Shown one piece after another: positions 49,742 to 59,473 of a stretch of DNA of 64,000 nucleotides (its first letter is position 1; each line of letters starts with the position of its first letter). The stretch is taken from assembly GCA_038109055.1 (NCBI GenBank), contig JAYNIM010000002.1, forward strand, positions 136,002-200,001. Direction: 5' to 3'. The notes below the pieces were generated by a model that saw only the letters and a list, made by a program, of their open reading frames with translations, made no database searches and had not been told where the DNA came from. This DNA is from a bacterium (GTDB taxonomy: Bacteria > Margulisbacteria > Marinamargulisbacteria > GCA-2716485 > JAYNIM01). Position numbers and translations under genes: made by a program.

Positions 49742-50743
49742 TTAAAAAATAGCTTCAACAAGATCCACAACACGATTAGAGTAACCCATTTCATTATCAT
49801 ACCATGAAACAACTTTAACCATATTTCCCTGACACATCGTTAATAATGAATCAACAATAGAAGAATGTGAATTGCCAATAATATCACAGGACACAAGAGG
49901 ATCCGTTTCATACTGCAATATTCCCTTCATGCTAGACGTAGACGCTACCTTCAAGGCATCATTAACATCTTCCTTCGTAACCTCACGAGAAACTTCACAA
50001 ACCAAATCAACGACCGATCCATCCGGAACTGGTACACGCATCGCCATCCCATCCAACTTTCCCTTAAGTTCTGGCAAGACCAACGCTACCGCCTTAGCAG
50101 CGCCGGTACTAGTAGGAATAATAGATTGTCCTGCAGCACGTGCACGCCTCAAATCAGAATGAGGCAAATCTAAAATACGCTGATCATTGGTATAGGCATG
50201 AACCGTAGTCATATAGCCCTTTTTAATTCCAAAAGACTCATGTAACACTTTCGCTATAGGGGCCAAACAGTTAGTCGTACAACTTGCATTAGAATAGACA
50301 TGAATATCAGAAGAAATAGAGTCATCATTAACCCCCAACACAACCGTATGTATGTCATCTTTGGCCGGAACTGTCAGAATAACTTTCTTAGCCCCAGCAC
50401 GTAAATGATCTTCATAACCACCCTTATCAGACTGAGCTTTTGTAAACACACCTGTAGATTCAATTGCAACATCAACATCCAAGTCTTTCCAAGGTAATTT
50501 AGAGGGATCTCTTTCAGAAAAAATACGAACACTCTGTCCACCAACAACCAAGTCACCATCCACGACAGACACTGGTTGACCAAGCCCTCCATGAACAGAA
50601 TCATACTTTAACAAATGCGCCAATGTATCGGCATCAGTTAAGTCATTAATCGCAACAACCCGAACCCCTTTCCGCTGCAAAATCAACTTGAATACATTTC
50701 GACCAATACGTCCAAAACCATTAATTGCAACATTAATTGTCAT
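49742..50743 (-). CDS. gap: Glyceraldehyde-3-phosphate dehydrogenase
   Basis: INGFGRIGR, SNASCTTNCLAP, SWYDNE. Confidence 0.99.
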   Translation of the reverse strand: MTINVAINGFGRIGRNVFKLILQRKGVRVVAINDLTDADTLAHLLKYDSVHGGLGQPVSVVDGDLVVGGQSVRIFSERDPSKLPWKDLDVDVAIESTGVFTKAQSDKGGYEDHLRAGAKKVILTVPAKDDIHTVVLGVNDDSISSDIHVYSNASCTTNCLAPIAKVLHESFGIKKGYMTTVHAYTNDQRILDLPHSDLRRARAAGQSIIPTSTGAAKAVALVLPELKGKLDGMAMRVPVPDGSVVDLVCEVSREVTKEDVNDALKVASTSSMKGILQYETDPLVSCDIIGNSHSSIVDSLLTMCQGNMVKVVSWYDNEMGYSNRVVDLVEAIF

Positions 50744-50860
50744 AAAGAACCATCCTATGAAAAATTAGTAAAAACACAATAACAAAATTATCCCAAAAAA
50801 TAAATATAAAAACAAAAAATATAATTGTAAATTTATATAAAATAAATTATAATATGACAA

Positions 50861-51829
50861 ATGAAGCTATCCGAACAACAATGTATGTTAATATACAAAA
50901 GTCTTTCAAACACATTAAAAATAGGAATTCCCTTAAATAAAAGCCTTATTCTCCTATACGAAAGCGAAAAAAATCACAAAATAAAAAAAACCTTCAAACA
51001 GTTACTAGACCACCTTTATGAAGGAAAACACCTCTGCCAAAGTATGGCATTAAGTCTAGATAAACATTTTCCAAAAAATCTACAGTACATAGAGACAGTC
51101 CCTAATATTCAAAAATTATGTATAAAACTACACGAATTGCTAAAAGAGAAATACGAATACAAAAAAAACATCCTAAAAAATCTAAAATACCCACTATTGC
51201 TTCTGTGCAGCATCGTCATTACAAGTACATTAGTTATCACCTCATTAATTCCAAAAAGCATCCATTTCTTCATCAACAACAACATTGAATTACCCCCATT
51301 ATTACAAATATTTCAAACCAGCAAAGAAAGCAGCATGTACAAAAAATTATCAATATTGATATATATAAGTCCCATTGTATATATAATAACCCTAATATTT
51401 CAAAAAAAATTTAAACAACACTCGCAACCGCCCATAGAACTTTTATGGCAAATTGGATTACTATTAGAAAATGGTCTTTCTATAAAAAAAATCCTCTCCC
51501 ACATACATCTCCCAACACGACAAAATAAATGGCAAACAACAAAGCAAAACATCTTAAAAACCGGAAATGTAAGCCATGAATTAAGCAAGTTATATCAACT
51601 ATCCTCACTTGAAAAAAATATGTTGCTTTACAGTGAAACACATCAACAATTAGGAGAAAGTTGTCTCGAATTATACCAAAAATTAAGAGACAAAAAGAAA
51701 GAAAAAATAGAAACAGCAATAAAAATACTACAACCTTGCTGTTTGCTAGTCTTAAGTAGCTTAATTTTATTACTTATGTATTGCACCCTACTCCCAATCA
51801 TAGGTGGCTTAACCCAACTAAAGTTATAA
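50861..51829 (+). CDS. GspF/PilC-family platform protein (divergent)
   Basis: Two T2SSF-like halves: L..GIPL..SL, LKYPLLL, LLENGLSI, LQPCCL..., LLPI. Confidence 0.7.
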   Translation: MKLSEQQCMLIYKSLSNTLKIGIPLNKSLILLYESEKNHKIKKTFKQLLDHLYEGKHLCQSMALSLDKHFPKNLQYIETVPNIQKLCIKLHELLKEKYEYKKNILKNLKYPLLLLCSIVITSTLVITSLIPKSIHFFINNNIELPPLLQIFQTSKESSMYKKLSILIYISPIVYIITLIFQKKFKQHSQPPIELLWQIGLLLENGLSIKKILSHIHLPTRQNKWQTTKQNILKTGNVSHELSKLYQLSSLEKNMLLYSETHQQLGESCLELYQKLRDKKKEKIETAIKILQPCCLLVLSSLILLLMYCTLLPIIGGLTQLKL

Positions 51830-51864
51830 AACCGATCAACAAAATACACTAAAACAGAAAAAAT

Positions 51865-52299
51865 ATGACATTAAAAACACGCCCCCTAAAACAATCCACT
51901 ACTCACGTTTCAGGATTCACCCTTATCGAACTACTTATAAGTGTTGTAATCATAGGACTCATAACAAGTATCGCAATCCCTAGCTATACAAAATTACAAA
52001 CTAGTGCCAAAGAAAATATTGTCAAAACAATCACACACAGCTTACAAATGAGTATAGAAACATACAATTTAAGCATAGGGGAACATCCACCTAGCCAAAC
52101 CATTGATGAATTAATCAGACTATTACAAGAAAAAGATTGCTACTCAGACATACCAAAAAACCCATTCACCAGAGAACCTTACAGTCAAAACGATCCATCG
52201 GGCAAAATAACCTACATATATAACGAAACAACAGAAAGCTATAAACTAACGGGCTACGGAAAAAAAAATACCGCTATATTACTCACCTTAGAAAATTAA
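51865..52299 (+). CDS. Type IV pilin / GspG-like pseudopilin
   Basis: GFTLIELLISVVIIGLITSIAIP prepilin motif; NPF. Confidence 0.9.
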   Translation: MTLKTRPLKQSTTHVSGFTLIELLISVVIIGLITSIAIPSYTKLQTSAKENIVKTITHSLQMSIETYNLSIGEHPPSQTIDELIRLLQEKDCYSDIPKNPFTREPYSQNDPSGKITYIYNETTESYKLTGYGKKNTAILLTLEN

Positions 52300-52304
52300 T
52301 CAAT

Positions 52305-52904
52305 CTACACAATAGACCGCATCTTCTCTATTGCTTTTTTATAAATCCGTGAAACCTGAGATTCTGACAAACCAATAGAGCGCCCAATCTCCTTAAACGT
52401 CAATCCATCTTTGGTATGGGCAACTACCACACGTTTTTCACGAAAACCTAAGACCTTCATTGCCTGAGTCAATTGAATGTCCGTTTCAATTTTAGAAGAA
52501 AAAGAAGCCTGTTCTTCAACCACCTCATATAAATAAGTTGCATCCGCTACCCATTCATATATACGTGACGGATCCGTCCGAGTAATATAGCGAATATGAT
52601 CTTTCATCGCACCCAAAATACGACGTCTAGCCAAAGGCCAAACATCCGCATTCAACGCTTTATCCCAAACTTTAATCGTCTCAATGAATTCCAATTGAGC
52701 AATAGTATGTAAATCATCTGTTTCACTCACGACAACATGTCTAGGCAATTGTCTTAAATAACGACTAACCTCTATCTGTATTTTAGATTCAAAAGCAGAA
52801 AGAATGTCATAAATATGATTCTTCAATAAATAAATCTTTAAATGATTCATGACAGGAATCGAAATATCGTTCCATATCGAGTCTACTTCCTTAGAAACTG
52901 TCAT
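52305..52904 (-). CDS. Short FliA/WhiG-like sigma factor
   Basis: Region 2 (DDL...ARRRILGAMKDHIR) and region 4 (LTFKEIGRSIGLSESQVSRI); only 199 aa. Confidence 0.8.
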   Translation of the reverse strand: MTVSKEVDSIWNDISIPVMNHLKIYLLKNHIYDILSAFESKIQIEVSRYLRQLPRHVVVSETDDLHTIAQLEFIETIKVWDKALNADVWPLARRRILGAMKDHIRYITRTDPSRIYEWVADATYLYEVVEEQASFSSKIETDIQLTQAMKVLGFREKRVVVAHTKDGLTFKEIGRSIGLSESQVSRIYKKAIEKMRSIV

Positions 52905-53164
52905 ACCTTCAAATCCGAATACAACAACTTCAAATAAAGTAACTTTGCAAAACGATCAGACAACTCCAAAGGTAATAACAACGAAACAAACTGGACAACT
53001 TCAACAGCAATACGCTCTTTTAAATGATGTCTAATTTCCTCAGAAAACTCCGGCAATGAAACATCACAAATTAAATGAGTTTGAGAGGTCTCAGGCCCCA
53101 TATTACTACGATAGGCACTTTGGGTTAACTTTTGGTAATAAAATGGTTTTTTTTCTTGTGTCAT
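52901..53164 (-). CDS. Hypothetical protein
   Basis: 87-aa ORF with 4-nt overlaps to both flhA and the sigma gene. Confidence 0.65.
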   Translation of the reverse strand: MTQEKKPFYYQKLTQSAYRSNMGPETSQTHLICDVSLPEFSEEIRHHLKERIAVEVVQFVSLLLPLELSDRFAKLLYLKLLYSDLKV

Positions 53165-55242
53165 AAGTCTGAAGAAATAACGCCCAAAGACTTCACTTTA
53201 GCCTCAGGTATAATCTCATTATATGAAAGAACCGCTAAAGATGAAAAGTTTCTTTCTGTAAATTTTTTCAAATGGGGTCTTAAACGAGGGGAACATAATG
53301 ATACAAAAGGCTTCCCTAATTCATTAAATTTTTGATAAAAGCCTTTTATTTTAGCCAAAACCTTATCCCCAACCTCTGGATCTAAGGCTAAAAAAGATCC
53401 ATATTCAGATTGATGCAAGGAATTAATCATTGTTTCTTCTAAACGAGGATCAATAGTAAAAACAGTCACCGCATCTTTTTCATCCATATACCCACGACAA
53501 ATTTGCCGAGACAAACTCTGGCGCACATATTCAGCCAATAAATTAGTATCACGAGAAACAGCCGCATAATCCGCCAATTTTTCTAAAATTGTAGATAAAT
53601 CACGAATAGAAACTTGCTCATGAACCAATGTTTGTAACACTTTATGTACTTGGCCTAAAGACAATGTATCAGGCACCAATTCTCGAACAATAGCAGCATT
53701 ACTATTTTTAACCAACTCTAACAAGGCCTGTACATTTTGACGTGTCATAATCTCATCAGCATGGCATTTCACAACCTGCGAAAAATGATAGGCAATAAAA
53801 TCCGTAACATTCATCATCGCAATATTTTGTTCCTGCAACAAAGAAACCAACTCCTCCGACACCCACGTAGCAGGTTCTTGTGTAACCGGGTCTAAACTTT
53901 CTACCCCAGAAACCCCCATCTTCTTTAACGAAGATGGAGATTCCTGAACAAAAAAGTGTCCTGGCAACGCTTCTCCCGACCCCACACGAATGCCCCGTAT
54001 CTCTAACACATACTCGTTAGGTGACAAACTTAAATCATCCATAACACGAACACCCGGAATAACAAAACCTAACTCTTGCCCAATATGATAACGAACCAAG
54101 GTAATTCGCTCTAATAAGGGCCCATTTTGAGCAGGATCAATTAAATAAACCAAATCACGTCCCGCCTTTAATGCAATAGGGTCCAATGTTAAGGTACTTA
54201 ATAAGTTTTCAGGCTTTTTCATCGCATCTTTCGCAGACTGTTCACTTGCTTCCAATGCCCCATCAGCATCACTTTCTTTTGCTTTAAAAATAAAATAGGA
54301 AGCCGCCCCTATTAACACTGCCATCATAATAAAGGGAATCGTAGGTAAGCCAGGCACCATCGCACAAAGTATTAAAATAAACGATGTTACAGCAAATGCT
54401 TTCGGCTGTGAAAAAATTTGCTCCTTAACATCCGTCCCCAAACTTTCTTGAGACGCCGATTTTGTAACAACCAAACCCGTTGCAATCGCAATCAATAAAG
54501 CTGGTATCTGGCTAACTAACCCATCACCAATAGTAAAACGAGTAAAGGTAGTCGCCGATTCTCCCAAAGACAACCCTTGCTGAAAACGCCCAATAATCAA
54601 CCCTCCAATAACATTCACAAAAACAATGACAATACCCGCAACAGCATCCCCTTTTACAAACTTATTCGCACCATCCATAGACCCAAAAAACGTAGATTCT
54701 TTTTCTAATTTCTTACGCCGCTCTCTTGCCTGATCTGCATCCAAAAGACCTGCATTTAAATCAGCATCAATACTCATTTGCTTACCAGGCAACGCATCCA
54801 AAGTAAAACGTGCAGCAACTTCTGCAACACGCTCAGAACCTTTCACAACCACAATAAATTGAACCAAGGTAACGATAGAAAAAACCACAATACCCACCAC
54901 AAAATTACCCCTTGTCACAAACTCAGCAAAAGCCTCAACAACTTTACCATCAAAATCAACACCTAAACTTAAAATCAATTTAGTAGAAGCAATATTCAAC
55001 GCCAAACGAAACAAGGTCAAAATCAACAACAAGGATGGAAATGCAGCAAATTGCAAAGGTTCAGACAAATACATAGCAACCAATAAAACCGTCACCGATA
55101 TAGATACATTCAAAACCATCAATAAATCCAATCCCTGCGTTGGGATCGGCATAATCATCAAGGCAATAACCAAGATAATAATAATAGCTAAGGAAATATC
55201 AGCGAAAGAGAAAATAGCCTGAAATTTTTTAAGACTAAACAT
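53161..55242 (-). CDS. flhA: Flagellar-type export gate FlhA
   Basis: RVAEVAARFTLDALPGKQMSIDADL, GSMDGANKFVKGDA, GDGLVSQIP, LSYNEI. Confidence 0.97.
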   Translation of the reverse strand: MFSLKKFQAIFSFADISLAIIIILVIALMIMPIPTQGLDLLMVLNVSISVTVLLVAMYLSEPLQFAAFPSLLLILTLFRLALNIASTKLILSLGVDFDGKVVEAFAEFVTRGNFVVGIVVFSIVTLVQFIVVVKGSERVAEVAARFTLDALPGKQMSIDADLNAGLLDADQARERRKKLEKESTFFGSMDGANKFVKGDAVAGIVIVFVNVIGGLIIGRFQQGLSLGESATTFTRFTIGDGLVSQIPALLIAIATGLVVTKSASQESLGTDVKEQIFSQPKAFAVTSFILILCAMVPGLPTIPFIMMAVLIGAASYFIFKAKESDADGALEASEQSAKDAMKKPENLLSTLTLDPIALKAGRDLVYLIDPAQNGPLLERITLVRYHIGQELGFVIPGVRVMDDLSLSPNEYVLEIRGIRVGSGEALPGHFFVQESPSSLKKMGVSGVESLDPVTQEPATWVSEELVSLLQEQNIAMMNVTDFIAYHFSQVVKCHADEIMTRQNVQALLELVKNSNAAIVRELVPDTLSLGQVHKVLQTLVHEQVSIRDLSTILEKLADYAAVSRDTNLLAEYVRQSLSRQICRGYMDEKDAVTVFTIDPRLEETMINSLHQSEYGSFLALDPEVGDKVLAKIKGFYQKFNELGKPFVSLCSPRLRPHLKKFTERNFSSLAVLSYNEIIPEAKVKSLGVISSDL

Positions 55243-55252
55243 GTTCAGATCC

Positions 55253-56323
55253 TTACGTAGATAATTGCCTTTTTTTCTTTAAATTATACACAAATGCCAA
55301 TATCTCTGCTACCACTTGAAAACAATCATCTGGGATAACTTCACCAATCTCAGTTTGCTGAAAGATTTGGCGGGCCAAAGGCGGATTCTCAACGATAGGC
55401 ACGAAATTCAAATCAGCAATGCGCTTAATTTCCTTGGCCAATAAACGTTTTCCTTTCGCAACAACAATAGGCGCCTCCATAAAATTAGGTGAATATTTTA
55501 TAGCCAAGGCAAAATGAACAGGGTTCGTCACCACAACGTCTGCACCAGGAACAGCTCCCATTTGACGACCTTGAGACATTTGCCGTTGCGCATCACGTTG
55601 CCGTTGCTTAATAGTAGGATCTCCCTCCAAGCGCTTATACTCGTCCTTAATTTCTTTTTTAGACATTTTCAATCCTTTAATATATTCATATCGCTGATAA
55701 AAAAAATCAAAAATCCCGACTGCAATATAAAAAAGGCCGACGCGAACAACCACTTTCATTACCAAATCTCCCGTAAAGGCCATCACCTGCCACAAAGTCA
55801 ACTGTTGAGAAATAATAACCATATAAAAATTCGCCTTCAAAGTAGTATAAATAATCAAAATAACAAAAAACATTTTCAGCGAAGATTTAAGTAACTCCAC
55901 ATATTGCTTTAATGAAAAATACTTTTTAAACCCCTCAATTGGATTCAATTTAGATAACTTTGGTGAAATAGATTCTGCAGAAAAAATCATCCCCACCTGC
56001 GAAAATTCAATCAAAATAATAACCACAAAATTTATCCCCAATAAAGGCCCTAAGCAAGAAGCAAACGTTAAAATAACATGCTTCAAAATATACATAGCCA
56101 ACGATCCAGTAAACGGTTCATTATAAAAATGAACAAGTTCAATACACAAACGGGTCAAATGCTCCCAAATTTGTACACCAAAAATTTTTAACATATAGAA
56201 AGAAACCAATAACAAAATAGCATTGGTCAAATCTTTACTTTTTGAAATATTCCCTTTCTCGCGAGCCTCTCGCAATTTATGCGGTGTAGGCTCTTCCGTT
56301 TTCTCGCCAGAATCTTCGCCCAT
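55253..56323 (-). CDS. flhB: Export switch protein FlhB
   Basis: EKTEEPT, EGDP.IK, VVTNPVH, PIVVAKG. Confidence 0.96.
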   Translation of the reverse strand: MGEDSGEKTEEPTPHKLREAREKGNISKSKDLTNAILLLVSFYMLKIFGVQIWEHLTRLCIELVHFYNEPFTGSLAMYILKHVILTFASCLGPLLGINFVVIILIEFSQVGMIFSAESISPKLSKLNPIEGFKKYFSLKQYVELLKSSLKMFFVILIIYTTLKANFYMVIISQQLTLWQVMAFTGDLVMKVVVRVGLFYIAVGIFDFFYQRYEYIKGLKMSKKEIKDEYKRLEGDPTIKQRQRDAQRQMSQGRQMGAVPGADVVVTNPVHFALAIKYSPNFMEAPIVVAKGKRLLAKEIKRIADLNFVPIVENPPLARQIFQQTEIGEVIPDDCFQVVAEILAFVYNLKKKRQLST

Positions 56324-56326
56324 AAA

Positions 56327-57094
56327 TTAACGCATAACGGCAATCGTTTTAAAAATATATTCCATAAATGTTTCCACCATGGGAACAATCATAAAAACCA
56401 ATCCCGGAATAATCAACATAAATATAAACAAACTAACTGTCGGTTTTAGTTGAAACCCCAACTGAAACACATTAATTTGCTCTGCAACACGATTTAACAA
56501 CCCAAAACCAAAGTCCACTAAAAAAACAACCAATAAAATAGGTGCTGCCAAACGCAATGCCATCACAAACACTTCCCTAACAAACTGAAGTAAATAGAAC
56601 GCACCTTGAGAAAAATCATAAAATTGTCCCACAGGAAATGTTTCAAAACTCCCCTCTAAAACTGACAAAATCATATGATGTCCATCTACCAACAAAAATA
56701 TAATAATGACAATTTGCTGTAATAACCGCTCTAAAAGAGCCGCATTTTGACCTGATCCTGGGTCTAAAACAGCGGCAACACTCAATCCCGCCTGAGTATC
56801 CATCAACGTTCCTGCAAATTCAACACTCGTAACAATTAAAGAGGCAATAAACCCAATTAAATATCCAAAAAAAAATTCTATGATCAAGGCCAAAAAAAAG
56901 GCAAATTCACTTTGTGGCATCACCATAGGCAACGGCATCTTAAAAAGTAACAATAACGACAACCAAAATAAAAAAACAACCTTGATATACGCAAAAATAG
57001 TTTTATTAGCAAAAAAAGGCGCCACAAAAATAGCGCCCGCCAAGCGAGAAAAGATTAACAAAAAAAACATCACCTGACTCAAGGTAATAATCAT
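56327..57094 (-). CDS. fliR: Export apparatus FliR
   Basis: AGTLMDTQAGL, DGHH, QINVFQLGF. Confidence 0.94.
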   Translation of the reverse strand: MIITLSQVMFFLLIFSRLAGAIFVAPFFANKTIFAYIKVVFLFWLSLLLLFKMPLPMVMPQSEFAFFLALIIEFFFGYLIGFIASLIVTSVEFAGTLMDTQAGLSVAAVLDPGSGQNAALLERLLQQIVIIIFLLVDGHHMILSVLEGSFETFPVGQFYDFSQGAFYLLQFVREVFVMALRLAAPILLVVFLVDFGFGLLNRVAEQINVFQLGFQLKPTVSLFIFMLIIPGLVFMIVPMVETFMEYIFKTIAVMR

Positions 57095-57360
57095 TTAGAA
57101 AAATACGGTATATTGCCCCATAAGCCTAACGCCATATCCATAATAATGGTAAACATCCACGAAAACGTAGCCCCCAAAATCAAAAAAACAACAATCATCT
57201 TTGGGACAAACGTTAAGGTTTGTTCTTGAATTTGAGTAAGCGCCTGAAGCAATCCAATAAGCAATCCTACAGCTAACCCCATTCCAACCGTAGGCAAAGA
57301 AGCCAAAATAATAATTTGAACAGTAGAATTAATAATAGACGTTACAAGATCTAATGTCAT
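57091..57360 (-). CDS. fliQ: Export apparatus FliQ
   Basis: QALTQIQEQTLTFVPK. Confidence 0.96.
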   Translation of the reverse strand: MTLDLVTSIINSTVQIIILASLPTVGMGLAVGLLIGLLQALTQIQEQTLTFVPKMIVVFLILGATFSWMFTIIMDMALGLWGNIPYFSK

Positions 57361-57366
57361 AGGCTA

Positions 57367-58107
57367 TCATTGAAAACTAGTTAACAAACCTCGAACCATT
57401 AAGTTCCAACCATCCGTCAATACAAAAAGCAAAATTTTAAAGGGCAGAGAAATCATCGCAGGAGACAACATAAACATCCCTAAAGACAATAAAATATTTG
57501 AAATAACCAGATCAATAACCAAAAAAGGTATAAAAATTAAAAAAGCAATCTGAAAGGCCGTCTTAAGCTCAGAAATAATATACGCAGGAACCAACACATT
57601 AAGTGGAATATGCATTTTATGCTCTTTAAGGTTAATACGAGAAAATTCCATAAACAACGCCAAATCTTTGTCTCTAACAAATTTCAACATATACACTCGA
57701 AAAGGTTGAATCCCAACCTCTAATGCCTCTTTCTGTGTAATCTCTCCCTTAAGATAAGGAGTAATAGCCTGAGAATGAACATCATAAAAAGTCGGGGTCA
57801 TGACAAAAATTGTCATAAAGAAAGCCAAGCCTATAATCACCATATTAGGAGGTGACTGCTGGGTCTGCAAGGCTTGCCTCAACATACTCAATACAATAAC
57901 AATACGTAAAAAAGAGGTCGTAGAAACCAGAACAAAAGGCAACAAACTAATGGATGAAAGTGCTATTAATAAACTGATAGAACTACTAAAACCACCTGGC
58001 TGCAAAAAAGATTCTACATCCAAATTAAAGGCAGGGGTTTGTGCGTACAAAGAAGAAGAAAAAAGAAGCCCAAGAAAACTAAGAAAAAATATGTAAAAGG
58101 GTCGCAT
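57367..58107 (-). CDS. fliP: Export apparatus FliP
   Basis: TSFLRIVIV, PAYIISELKTAF, LGMFMLSP, ISLPFKILLFVLTDGW. Confidence 0.97.
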   Translation of the reverse strand: MRPFYIFFLSFLGLLFSSSLYAQTPAFNLDVESFLQPGGFSSSISLLIALSSISLLPFVLVSTTSFLRIVIVLSMLRQALQTQQSPPNMVIIGLAFFMTIFVMTPTFYDVHSQAITPYLKGEITQKEALEVGIQPFRVYMLKFVRDKDLALFMEFSRINLKEHKMHIPLNVLVPAYIISELKTAFQIAFLIFIPFLVIDLVISNILLSLGMFMLSPAMISLPFKILLFVLTDGWNLMVRGLLTSFQ

Positions 58108-58318
58108 CTTTAGAACCTACACTAATAAAAAATTGCTTTTTTTTAGCAGAAATCAACAATAAAGAAACATTTTGATTCAAAACAAAACGGTCCACTATTT
58201 TAATATCCCCACTATAACGCTGAACTCGAAATCGACGGCTATAATATAAAGCAAGCCCAAGAACAACCGCAAAAGCAGCTAATACACCCGCAACTTTAAC
58301 ATAATATGCAAGTGACAT
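58079..58318 (-). CDS. fliO: Minimal FliO
   Basis: TM helix then IKIVDRFVL...SLLLI...FFISVG; lies between fliN and fliP. Confidence 0.8.
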   Translation of the reverse strand: MSLAYYVKVAGVLAAFAVVLGLALYYSRRFRVQRYSGDIKIVDRFVLNQNVSLLLISAKKKQFFISVGSKDATLLHIFS

Positions 58319-58743
58319 TAGCCCTCATACTTAGCTAAAATTTTAGTAACTCTAAAACCATAAAGCTGATTAACGGCAACAACTTCCCCCTGAGCAACAA
58401 CCTGATTATTAACCACTAAATCGATAGGTTCGCCTACCAAACGATTTAATTCCACAATTGCACCTTCTTTCAAATGTAAAATATCTTTCAAACTCAACTG
58501 ACAGCGCCCAAGTTCGACTGAAACGTTAATTTTAATATCTTCAAAAAGATCTTGGTTCAACGACTGACCAGAGGGGGCCTGCTGTAAATCCGGTAATTTT
58601 ATTTTAGACACCTGTGTGGCTGAAGACTCTCCCCCTTCCACTGATTTATCGCTTTCTATCGCTTCAAAATCTTCTACAAATGCTTCTTCCATAATAGGAT
58701 CCACATCAGAAAGAGGATCCGTAAGCTTTCCTTGCTTAGTCAT
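58318..58743 (-). CDS. fliN: C-ring protein FliN
   Basis: VSVELGR, G.IVEL, GEP.DL.VN, AQGEVVAV...GFRVT. Confidence 0.94.
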   Translation of the reverse strand: MTKQGKLTDPLSDVDPIMEEAFVEDFEAIESDKSVEGGESSATQVSKIKLPDLQQAPSGQSLNQDLFEDIKINVSVELGRCQLSLKDILHLKEGAIVELNRLVGEPIDLVVNNQVVAQGEVVAVNQLYGFRVTKILAKYEG

Positions 58744-59473
58744 TAATTACCTCCTTAATTAAATTCACATAATCCTCAGCAGCTTTCGATTCTGGAGCAT
58801 ATTCAAAAATGGTTAAATGCCTACCAGGTGCTTCAGATAAATCAACACTATGCCGAACCGGTGTTACAACACGATCCAAAAAAACCCGATTCAAACTTTT
58901 GAGTATTTCCCTAGATTTCACGGTACGTACATCAAAAAAAGTGGGTAAGACTTTAAAAACCTGAATGTTCTTAGAAAAAATTCTATTAAGGATTTTAATA
59001 TTATTCAATAGCTGTCGTACACCAATAAGCGAAAAATACTCCATAGACACTGGAAGAACAACATTTTCAGCAAATAACAAGGCATTTTGGTTTAAGATAT
59101 TAATAGACGGACCACAATCAACAAAAACATAATCATAACCAGAAAGATTAGCTAAACGCTGCGCCAAATAGAACTCTTTTTTCTTTAACCTAGCCAACTT
59201 AATCTCAGCAGTAAATAATCGTTCACTCGCAACAATAATATGCAAATTTTTTCTAGCTGGCGTAATGCAATCATACACACTATAATCACCCATCAAAAGT
59301 TCATATAATCCCACATTAGCCTTCACCCCCAAGTGATAAGCAGACGCAGACTGGGGATCAACATCAACAATTAAAACTTTTTTTCCATTTAACGCCAATC
59401 CGTGGGCAAGATTAACAACGGTACATGTTTTACCTGTCCCCCCTTTATAATTAACAATTGCATATTTTTTCAA
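58736..59473 (-). CDS. ParA/Soj-family ATPase
   Basis: NYKGGTGKT, DVDPQ, DCGPS, PVSMEYFSL, LSEAP. Confidence 0.92.
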   Translation of the reverse strand: MKKYAIVNYKGGTGKTCTVVNLAHGLALNGKKVLIVDVDPQSASAYHLGVKANVGLYELLMGDYSVYDCITPARKNLHIIVASERLFTAEIKLARLKKKEFYLAQRLANLSGYDYVFVDCGPSINILNQNALLFAENVVLPVSMEYFSLIGVRQLLNNIKILNRIFSKNIQVFKVLPTFFDVRTVKSREILKSLNRVFLDRVVTPVRHSVDLSEAPGRHLTIFEYAPESKAAEDYVNLIKEVIND

